A stretch of 33,578 bases of DNA from Candidatus Eiseniibacteriota bacterium. GTDB lineage: Bacteria > Arandabacterota > Arandabacteria > Arandabacterales > Arandabacteraceae. This document shows, piece after piece, positions 26,147 through 33,578 of this stretch. The stretch is from positions 1 to 33,578 of the forward strand of contig JBDRNT010000011.1 in NCBI GenBank assembly GCA_043810925.1. Direction: 5' to 3'. Positions within the stretch are counted from its first letter, which is position 1, and each line of letters starts with the position of its first letter. A program made the translations under genes and the position numbers. The notes under the pieces are model-generated. The model was not told where the DNA came from. It was given only the letters and a program-made list of their open reading frames with translations, and made no database searches.

Positions 26147-27043
26147 TCAGTCTTTCACTTCCCTCGTGTAGTGTTTGCCCACCGCGGCCGGTGCCACCGA
26201 TCTGCCGATTACGCCGGCGAGAGCCACTATCGTGAGGACATAGGGTATTACCTGGAAGAGCTGCGGCGGCAGCCCTCCTCTCCCCTGCAAGGTCTCCTGG
26301 AGCGCGTCTGCAAACCCGAAGAGCAGGGACGCCGCCATCGCGCCGAGGGGATTCCACTTGCCGAATATGAGGGCCGCAAGCGCAATGAAACCCTGCCCCG
26401 ATGTCATGTTTTTCGCAAACGAACCCGAGAAGAATGGAAGATACGCGCCGCCGAGCCCGGCGCACACGCCGCTTATTATCACCGCGATGAACCTCGTCCG
26501 GTTGACGTCGATGCCCTGAGTGTCGGCCGCCCTCGGGTGTTCACCGACGGCACGCAGCCTCAAGCCCGGAACCGTGAAGTATGCGAAAACATAGGCGAGA
26601 CCGACCACCAGAAACGCCATGTAGACCAGCGGAATGAAAGACCCCCAAACCGGAAGCCGGTCGGCGGGGCCGAGTGAAAACGACCGTTCACCACTCACAC
26701 ACACTTGGCAGAGAAAGATCGTACCACCGACACCGAGCATGTTTATGGCCACACCGGATATGATCTGATTTGCCCGCAGCGTGATCGTGGCAATTGCGTG
26801 GAGGTAACCCACGAGCCCACCGACAATCGCCGCTCCCAATACTCCAAGCCAGGGATTATGTGTGAAGACTGAGATTATCGCTCCGCTGAAGGCACCGAAG
26901 AGCATCATGCCTTCGAGTCCTATGTTGATCACACCTGCCCGCTCGCTGAAAAAGCCGCCGGTGCTCGCAAAGATCAGAGGTATGGATTTCCTTATCGTCG
27001 CCAGAAAAAGCGAGACACTGAAAACCGACAGGAACTCATTCAC
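26147..27043 (-). CDS. Nucleoside-type CUT2 ABC transporter permease 2
   Basis: SERAGVINIGLEGMML, GLRLRAVGEHPRAADT.GI, GQGFIALAALIFGKWNP and PYVLTIVALAG. Confidence 0.93.
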   Translation of the reverse strand: MNEFLSVFSVSLFLATIRKSIPLIFASTGGFFSERAGVINIGLEGMMLFGAFSGAIISVFTHNPWLGVLGAAIVGGLVGYLHAIATITLRANQIISGVAINMLGVGGTIFLCQVCVSGERSFSLGPADRLPVWGSFIPLVYMAFLVVGLAYVFAYFTVPGLRLRAVGEHPRAADTQGIDVNRTRFIAVIISGVCAGLGGAYLPFFSGSFAKNMTSGQGFIALAALIFGKWNPLGAMAASLLFGFADALQETLQGRGGLPPQLFQVIPYVLTIVALAGVIGRSVAPAAVGKHYTREVKD

Positions 27044-28097
27044 CTGGTACTGCCCCTCTCAACCTTATGCCCATCTTTGTCACGAGGTAGTCGCACGCCA
27101 CAAAGATGATCACGATGGCCTGAATAACCGTCACCAGCTCACGCGGCACATTGGTCTCCATGTCGATCTGCGCCCCTCCGCTTGCCAGGGCACCGAAGAA
27201 GATCGCAGCCAGAAGCACCCCGAAAGGCTTGTTACGTCCGAGCAGTGCAACTGCTATCCCGGCGAATCCGTATCCGAACGGAAACGGACTTATGAAGTGC
27301 TTGTGCACCCCGAGAACGCGCTCCGCGCCTCCGAGCCCGGCCAGAAAACCGCCTATAGCCATTGCGATGATCGTGTTCCTGAATACGGATATACCGGATG
27401 CGCGGCTCGCCAGCGGATTCAGTCCTACGCTCCTGATCTCGAATCCCAGTTTGCTCTTTTCGAGAATCAGGAAGACGACGATTACCGCAACAACGGCCAG
27501 GACGAAACCGACGTTAAGCCTGGTATAGATATAGATGAAGTCCAGTCTTGGCAGAAGCGCAGTTCCCGCCACGTCCTCAGTCTGCGGGATCTGACCGGGT
27601 TTCTTGAAGTAAGCCAGATTGACCAGGTAGTTGGTCACGATGAAGGCTACGTAGTTGAGCATTATCGTGTTTATCACTTCGTGCGCACCGAACCTTGCCT
27701 TGAGCACTCCCGCAATGAGCGCCCACAGAGCCCCGGCCATACCCGCGACCACTATGCAGACGGCCACGTGCGTCAGCGGATCGAGTCCCGCCAGTCTGAC
27801 TCCGACCCAGGCGGCCGCAAACGCACCCATGACGAGCTGGCCTTCACCGCCTATGTTGAAAAGCCCGCACTTCATCGCAACCGCGACACAAAGACCCGTG
27901 AATATGAGCGGGGTTGCCTCCTCAAGCGTGTTGGCAAGACTGCGGAGACTTCCGAGTGAGCCCGACAGCATCACCCGGCCAATGTTGAGCGGGTCTTCCC
28001 CCAGAGCGAGTATGACAACTGCGGAGACGGCGGCAGCGAGAAGAAGCGAGATCAGAGGTGGAGCGAAACCGGCCAACTGTGACCTGGTCGCCTTCAT
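27036..28097 (-). CDS. Nucleoside-type CUT2 ABC transporter permease 1
   Basis: PLIFTGL..GLFNIGGEGQ, HEVINTIMLNYVA and GYGFAGIAVALLGRNKP. Confidence 0.93.
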   Translation of the reverse strand: MKATRSQLAGFAPPLISLLLAAAVSAVVILALGEDPLNIGRVMLSGSLGSLRSLANTLEEATPLIFTGLCVAVAMKCGLFNIGGEGQLVMGAFAAAWVGVRLAGLDPLTHVAVCIVVAGMAGALWALIAGVLKARFGAHEVINTIMLNYVAFIVTNYLVNLAYFKKPGQIPQTEDVAGTALLPRLDFIYIYTRLNVGFVLAVVAVIVVFLILEKSKLGFEIRSVGLNPLASRASGISVFRNTIIAMAIGGFLAGLGGAERVLGVHKHFISPFPFGYGFAGIAVALLGRNKPFGVLLAAIFFGALASGGAQIDMETNVPRELVTVIQAIVIIFVACDYLVTKMGIRLRGAVPGE

Positions 28098-29602
28098 GCC
28101 TTCGCACCCGCCATCATGAGTCCCAGGTTTTCTTCGGTTGCCTCGGCCCTCTTCACAACACCGACGATCATGCCTCTATACATCACGCCGATCCTGTCGG
28201 CCAGTTTCATTATCTCGGACAGGTCGGCAGAGATGAGAAGAACCGACCTGCCTGAGTCAGCCTGTCCAACGAGCAGGTCGTGAATCATTCTTGCTGCACC
28301 TATGTCAAGTCCTCTTGTGGGTTGCGCCACTATGAGGAGAGCCGGTTTTCGGCTCAGTTCCCTTGCCGCGATCACCTTCTGCTGGTTACCCCCCGAGAGA
28401 AGTCCGGTCTGCATCTCGGGCATCGGAGGCTCTATCCCGAAGTCTCTGACCAGAGTATCAGCCGACTCAGCGACCGCACGGGCTTTAAGAAACACCCTTC
28501 CGGAGAAACGCTCGTCGGTGTGTCTTCCCAGTATGAGATTCTCTTTGACAGTGAAGTCAGCGACAAGACCCATCCTTGCCCTGTCCGGCGGGATATGGGC
28601 CATTCCGGCTTTAAGCCTGCGGGACGTGGGATCGTGAGTGATGTCCCTTCCGAGAAATGTCACTTCGCCCCGTGTCGGCCGACTGAGACCTATAAGCACT
28701 TCGAAGAGATCATCCTGACCGTTACCGTCGACACCGCAGATTCCGAAGATCTCACCGCCATAGACTTCAAGCGAGATGTCGGTCAGAAGACTTTGTCCCT
28801 TCTTGGACCTGAGCGAAACACCTTCGACTTTGAGCACCGGCCTGGCCGAGATCTCCACTTTCCTGTGCACCATGTCTTCGATTCTTCGCCCGACCATCTT
28901 CTCGGCAAGATCGGCGACATCGGTTTCACATATCGGCATGGTCCCGATCATGCTGCCTGCCCGCATCACCGTGACCGTGTCGGCAATCGCCATAACCTCT
29001 TCGAGCTTGTGGGTTATGAAGACTACCGTCCTTCCACTGCGCGTAAGCATCTTGAGCGTAGAGAACAGGCTACGCGTCTCCTGAGGTGTCAGGACAGCGG
29101 TCGGTTCATCCATTATGATCATGCTTGCGTCCCGGTAAAGCACCCTCAGAATCTCAACCCGCTGCTCCTCACCAACGGAAAGAGCGTCTATCCGGGTATC
29201 GAGGTCGACCTCGATGCCGTACTCCTGCATCAGGCGCTCAACCCGGCCCCGGGCCTTCCGCATATCAAGCATGGGGCCCAGTCTGGGTTCGGCTCCGAGG
29301 ATTATGTTCTCAAGCGCCGTGAACTGTCCAATCAGCATGAAGTGCTGGTGAATCATGCCGATTCCATAGTCCAGTCCGAGGAACCCCGTCTCGGCGGGAA
29401 GCCTGTCCCCCCTTATAAAGAGGTCGCCCCCATCGGGTTTCGTAAGCCCGTAAAGGACATTCATCAGCGTGGACTTGCCGGCACCGTTTTCGCCGACCAG
29501 GGCGTGGATCTCGCCCTCTTTTATGTCGAGGTTGACCCGGTCGTTTGCGACGACCCTTGGAAACCGCTTGGTAATGTCTTTCATCCGGACTACGTATTCC
29601 AC
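28094..29602 (-). CDS. Nucleoside-type CUT2 ABC transporter ATP-binding protein (tandem NBDs)
   Basis: GENGAGKST, GMIHQHFML, LSVGEEQRVEI, DEPTAVLTPQE, LSGGNQQK and QPTRGLD. Confidence 0.95.
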   Translation of the reverse strand: MEYVVRMKDITKRFPRVVANDRVNLDIKEGEIHALVGENGAGKSTLMNVLYGLTKPDGGDLFIRGDRLPAETGFLGLDYGIGMIHQHFMLIGQFTALENIILGAEPRLGPMLDMRKARGRVERLMQEYGIEVDLDTRIDALSVGEEQRVEILRVLYRDASMIIMDEPTAVLTPQETRSLFSTLKMLTRSGRTVVFITHKLEEVMAIADTVTVMRAGSMIGTMPICETDVADLAEKMVGRRIEDMVHRKVEISARPVLKVEGVSLRSKKGQSLLTDISLEVYGGEIFGICGVDGNGQDDLFEVLIGLSRPTRGEVTFLGRDITHDPTSRRLKAGMAHIPPDRARMGLVADFTVKENLILGRHTDERFSGRVFLKARAVAESADTLVRDFGIEPPMPEMQTGLLSGGNQQKVIAARELSRKPALLIVAQPTRGLDIGAARMIHDLLVGQADSGRSVLLISADLSEIMKLADRIGVMYRGMIVGVVKRAEATEENLGLMMAGAKA

Positions 29603-29670
29603 ACAGTCTCCTCCCCGGCATTATGAAGGTGGAGACATCGTATCACGTTGCCCGGGTGACGTAAAGGCCT

Positions 29671-29734
29671 GGGGTCAGAGCTCGAAATGTGCACGCGGCG
29701 CTTTCGCCGCGTGCACATTTCGAGCTCTGACCCC
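29671..29734. repeat. Perfect 30-bp inverted repeat (64-bp palindrome) of the GGGGTCAG family
   Basis: GGGGTCAGAGCTCGAAATGTGCACGCGGCG-CTTT-CGCCGCGTGCACATTTCGAGCTCTGACCCC. Confidence 0.9.
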
Positions 29735-29791
29735 CTGAGAATTGCGAAGTCTCTGCGCCCGACGGAATTACTAAGCCGTCACCGAATTCCG

Positions 29792-32700
29792 TTACTTCTT
29801 GCTCTTATCAGGAAATGCCGGGAGATCGGGTGTCCCCTTGGGATCCTTCTCGAGGAGACCGTTTAAGAGCGCAGTCGCTCGCTCAAGCTGGGTGTCGTGT
29901 CCGCGAAGCACTTCGCCCGGCATATTCTCTACCTCTATATCAGGAGTCGCTCCCCAGTTCTCAAGTGTCCAACCACCTTCGCTCTCCCACCATGCGAACT
30001 CGGGAATTGTCATCATGCCGCCGTCGACAAAGGGCTTGTCCATCCTTATACCGACCACACCACCCCACGTACGCATGCCTATTACCGTACCGAGTTCCGC
30101 AAGTTTGAAGGCGCGCGTAAAGATATCGCCGTCCGAGCCCGCCTGCTGGTTACAGAGTGCCACCCTGTGCGCATTGACGGCTTCATCCGGATACCTGTAA
30201 GGTTTGCCTTTGCGCGCCTTGCCGTAAGCGAGCACATCGACCGACAGTCTCTTGAGGATCAGGTCGGATACGAAGCCGCCGCCGTTATAGCGGGCGTCAA
30301 TGATCAGCCCCGACTTCTCCAACTGCGGGTAGAAGGTCCTCGAGAACTCGATCAGACCCGCAGTACTCATATTGGGTATGTGGATGTAACCGACCCGCCC
30401 ACCTGTCGCTGCTTCAACATACTCGCGGTTGGAACGGACCCAGTCGAGATAGCGGAGGGCTTCATCACTGCCGATCGTTTTCACGATCACATCTCTTGCC
30501 CCATCGAGGGTGGGCTTGTCGTTTACTGTGAGAAGCACCTCGTCATCGGCGAGATTCAAGAACACCGAATAGAAGTTGGTAGTTGTGTCAAGCGGCCGGC
30601 CGTTCACTGCGAGCACATACTCGCCCGCCTCAACACCCGCGTGAGACAGGGTCAACGGTGAAACTGCATCCGGGCTCGATGGCTCCTGCGGATAGACCTT
30701 GCCCAGTTTGTAGCGACCGGTACGTTTCTCCGCCACGATCTGGGCACCAAGCAAACCCACCGGGATCCGCTCGGGCCTCTGCTCGTCACCACCCCAGATA
30801 TAAGTGTGTGACGTGGACAGCTCCGCTATCATCTGTCCTATGAGATCGCTCAGCTCGGCACGCGTCGCGATCTTGGGCAGGAGCTTCCCGTACTTTGTCT
30901 TGATCCCGGCCCAATCGATACTGGCCATGTTCGGGGCCCAGTAGAAGTCGCGCTGAAGCCGCCAGGCCTCGTTAAACATCTGGTCCCATTCCTGCCTGGG
31001 ATCGAGCCTGATGTTCCACTTCGACAGGTCGACGCCCGAATCGTCATCACCCTCACCCGACTGCTTGGCTGCATCGACGACGGAGAAATCGTTCCTCTGT
31101 CTGTAAACGATCTTCTCCCCGTCATGGGATAGCCTGTAGGAATTGATCCCGGAGATGATGACTTCGTCTTCCTTATCTTCGAGATCGAACATGTGAACGC
31201 TGTGCATCGGCTCGGACTCACTCCCCCGCCGCTGACCCTCCGCCATCCCGACCGACGGACGCGAACGATAGAAGATCTTGCCTTCCGCAGCCGCGAGCAA
31301 CGAGTAGTGACCGGCATCGACCGGGAACTCGACGACCCTGTCCATAAGCCCGTCAAGATCGATCTCGACGTCTTTGGTCTCCTCCTCGTCACCGTTCTTG
31401 TCCTTTTCGCCTTTCTTGTCATCGCCGTTTTCCGTGTCACCGTCAAGCTCCTCAGGCTCTTTGGCAAAGAACGGGGACTTCTCACCCTTCTTGAGTATGA
31501 CGAGATAGGGTTTTGAAGTCTTATCGAGGATCGTTCCGAAGGCGATCTTGCCAAGCACGGGGTTGATCGTACGGTCACTCAAGAAATAGAGATACTTGCC
31601 GTCGGGATCCCACACGGGTTCAGTATCGTTGGTGTAGGGGTCGGTCACCCGTATCACCTTCGACGTCTTGGTATCGAAAACGAATACCGAATTGAAATGG
31701 TGGTTTTCGGGCTTATCATAAGCCAGCCACCTGCTGTCCGGTGACCACGAGTAGTTTCTTATCTCCCAGTAGTCGCTGCTGTCGGCACGCGTCACCTTGC
31801 CTGTCTCCCTGTCGACGACATAGATAGTCTGGGATCCATCCGCATAGGCGAGCTTCTTGCCGTCCGGGGACCATAACGGCTGGTACTTCCAGCCGCGGGT
31901 ATCCTTCGTTATCTGCTCGGGATCCCCCTTTCCGAGTATGTCGGCAACATAGATCTCTTCTTCGCCCGTTGCCTCGGAGACATAGGCGATCGACTTGCCG
32001 TCCGCCGACCATCTCGGGAACTTCTCTCTTATACCGGATGTAGCGCAGAGCTCGATCAGCCGCCCTTCCTCGGCGGGTATCAGAGCGAGTTCACCGCGTG
32101 CGCAGAAGGCGACCCTGCGGCCCTTCGGAGAAATCTCAAAGTCCGTAACATACTCGGCAGGATTGACGAAGCGTTCACGCTCCCCCACCCTGTCCGATGG
32201 TACTTCGATATCCACCATGCTGTACTCGCCCGAGGCGATGTTGAAGAGCCAGATCTCCCCGCCATTGTGGTAGACGATAGAGTTCCCGTCTGAAGACGGC
32301 CAACGAATATCATACTCCTCATGAAATGTATGCTGGGTTACGTCGCCGCCCCGGGGGTTCATGCTGTATATATTCATCGTATTATCGCGGTCGGAGACAA
32401 AGTAGATCCTCTCACCTACCCACATCGGGAAAGCGTCTGTACCGTCATAGTCGGTTATCTTCTCAAACTCGAGCGTCTCAGGGTTGCCGACCCAGACGTC
32501 CTGGGCGAGTCCGCCCGTATATCGCTTCCAGGTTCTGAATTCCCTCGAGAAGCGGTTGAATGCCACGCGCTTGCCGTCGGGCGCATAACTGATCAGCGAG
32601 ACCTCGTCGAGCGGTAGTTCCTCCGGGAAACTGCCGTCCTTAGAGACCGAAAAGACCTTATAGGTGTAATGGGCAGAGTGGCGCATTGAGCGAAATACAA

Positions 32701-33100
32701 TGCCTTCGCCGTCCGGCAGCCAGGTGAGCACATAGTCGGACCAGGGATGATATGTCAGCCTTTTCGGTGTGCCGCCCTGTGCGGGTATTACGTACACGTC
32801 GTTACCGCCGTGATCATACTCACCTGTAAAAGCTATGTGTTGGCCATCGGGTGAGAACTGCGCCATGTATTCGAGACCATCGGCCTGTGTAAGTCTCTCG
32901 GCAATCCCGCCGTTCGCGGAAACCGTCCAGAGATCGCCTTCACACGAAAACACAATGGTATTGCCGTGTATCGCAGGGAAGTTGAGATAGCTCTCGCCCG
33001 CCACACAGGCACACGAAAGAACGGCAAGAAGAACAGGTACCATCACGGCTGTAGAACAGACTCTCGCCCTACGGGGTCGCATCAGAATCCTCCTCTCCAC
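29792..33100 (-). CDS. Tricorn protease homolog (S41B), secreted/periplasmic
   Basis: PD40/beta-propeller repeats (FSPDG, WSPDG), WKRYTGG, STSHTY, PDZ region, IDARYNGGG, catalytic AGSDGD and RTWGGVVG. Signal peptide; the start may be a downstream Met. Confidence 0.95.
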   Translation of the reverse strand: MERRILMRPRRARVCSTAVMVPVLLAVLSCACVAGESYLNFPAIHGNTIVFSCEGDLWTVSANGGIAERLTQADGLEYMAQFSPDGQHIAFTGEYDHGGNDVYVIPAQGGTPKRLTYHPWSDYVLTWLPDGEGIVFRSMRHSAHYTYKVFSVSKDGSFPEELPLDEVSLISYAPDGKRVAFNRFSREFRTWKRYTGGLAQDVWVGNPETLEFEKITDYDGTDAFPMWVGERIYFVSDRDNTMNIYSMNPRGGDVTQHTFHEEYDIRWPSSDGNSIVYHNGGEIWLFNIASGEYSMVDIEVPSDRVGERERFVNPAEYVTDFEISPKGRRVAFCARGELALIPAEEGRLIELCATSGIREKFPRWSADGKSIAYVSEATGEEEIYVADILGKGDPEQITKDTRGWKYQPLWSPDGKKLAYADGSQTIYVVDRETGKVTRADSSDYWEIRNYSWSPDSRWLAYDKPENHHFNSVFVFDTKTSKVIRVTDPYTNDTEPVWDPDGKYLYFLSDRTINPVLGKIAFGTILDKTSKPYLVILKKGEKSPFFAKEPEELDGDTENGDDKKGEKDKNGDEEETKDVEIDLDGLMDRVVEFPVDAGHYSLLAAAEGKIFYRSRPSVGMAEGQRRGSESEPMHSVHMFDLEDKEDEVIISGINSYRLSHDGEKIVYRQRNDFSVVDAAKQSGEGDDDSGVDLSKWNIRLDPRQEWDQMFNEAWRLQRDFYWAPNMASIDWAGIKTKYGKLLPKIATRAELSDLIGQMIAELSTSHTYIWGGDEQRPERIPVGLLGAQIVAEKRTGRYKLGKVYPQEPSSPDAVSPLTLSHAGVEAGEYVLAVNGRPLDTTTNFYSVFLNLADDEVLLTVNDKPTLDGARDVIVKTIGSDEALRYLDWVRSNREYVEAATGGRVGYIHIPNMSTAGLIEFSRTFYPQLEKSGLIIDARYNGGGFVSDLILKRLSVDVLAYGKARKGKPYRYPDEAVNAHRVALCNQQAGSDGDIFTRAFKLAELGTVIGMRTWGGVVGIRMDKPFVDGGMMTIPEFAWWESEGGWTLENWGATPDIEVENMPGEVLRGHDTQLERATALLNGLLEKDPKGTPDLPAFPDKSKK

Positions 33101-33164
33101 ACAGGGGATGTGGTATCAGGTCGGCGCTCAGGCCCACCGCAATTGGTGGGGAGTAATCTCAGAA

Positions 33165-33193
33165 AAGATACCTCAAGACCAAGGTAATGTCAA
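33165..33193 (-). promoter_or_regulatory. Putative sigma70 promoter for tricorn protease
   Basis: TTGACA-17 bp-TATCTT. Confidence 0.5.
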
Positions 33194-33205
33194 GACGGGG
33201 AAAAG

Positions 33206-33578
33206 CTGTGGAGTTTCCCCAAAAATCTCATGGGTCAAAGAGGTTAGGTTGCACTTGTGCATGTCCTGACACCAATCGAGCAACGAATGGCCTTCTGAGG
33301 ACCTCTAAGAGCCTCTTTATCCCGTCGGCAAGAGCGTAGTATCTGAAGTCCGGTATCCCGAAGAGACGGCGTGCCGCCCTCAGCGCGTGATACGCAAGGA
33401 TCCGCACCCGCGCTCGGTCACCAAGATAGACACAAGCAAAGTACATCGCACACAAGGCCAACACCATCATGTTCTGAAGACGCCCGTAACTCAACAGCCG
33501 TACATTCTCCACATCGTAACTCTGTTTCATGCACCGTATCGTGTCTTCTATCTGCCACCGTCTGAGGTATGAGTCCAA
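33206..33578 (-). mobile_element. IS4-family insertion sequence, right end (boundary approximate)
   Basis: The transposase stop is followed by ATTTTTGGGGAAACTCCACAG, a candidate terminal repeat. The partner end lies outside the window. Confidence 0.6.
33228..33578 (-). CDS. IS4-family DDE transposase, C-terminal fragment (runs off the window)
   Basis: YREK signature YLRRWQIEDTIRCMKQ, followed by ENVRLLSYGRLQNM. Confidence 0.85.
   Translation of the reverse strand: MDSYLRRWQIEDTIRCMKQSYDVENVRLLSYGRLQNMMVLALCAMYFACVYLGDRARVRILAYHALRAARRLFGIPDFRYYALADGIKRLLEVLRRPFVARLVSGHAQVQPNLFDP

Noticed and set aside
26862-29626. Plus-strand ORFs of 365 and 448 aa
   Set aside because: Antisense shadows of the ABC transporter genes.
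33197-33220. GGGGAAA...TTTCCCC hairpin as a terminator
   Set aside because: Short stem with a long loop that overlaps the probable IS end; it cannot be distinguished from the IS terminus/target junction.

Overview
GC-rich bacterial window. It encodes outer-membrane beta-barrels, FlgD/T9SS-like C-terminal domains and a '[10 protein letters not shown]' tail, which together suggest an uncultured FCB-related lineage such as Eisenbacteria, Krumholzibacteriota or Latescibacterota (inference). The left edge holds the 5' half of a class IIC group II intron inserted just behind a rho-independent terminator. The right edge holds the 3' end of an IS4-family transposase. The core is a ~15 kb, tightly packed minus-strand gene run (20130 to 5319, plus 4871-1962). 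In order it encodes a ComEC-like metallo-beta-lactamase lipoprotein, CUT1 ABC permeases and binding protein (no ATPase), two secreted OB-fold/lamin-tail proteins with a variant CTD, a PorV/PorP-like barrel, a tandem ComEA-HhH + beta-barrel protein, a FadL-like barrel, a 5'-nucleotidase and a third OB/lamin-tail protein. This reads as a candidate PUL-like locus for capturing and using extracellular nucleic acid. Further right are an M16 peptidase, two GNATs, a cupin, a PTS EIIA, a nucleoside-type CUT2 ABC transporter lacking its BMP lipoprotein, and a tricorn protease. A GGGGTCAG-ended inverted-repeat family occupies three intergenic regions. All protein calls come from reading motifs by eye; no searches were run.
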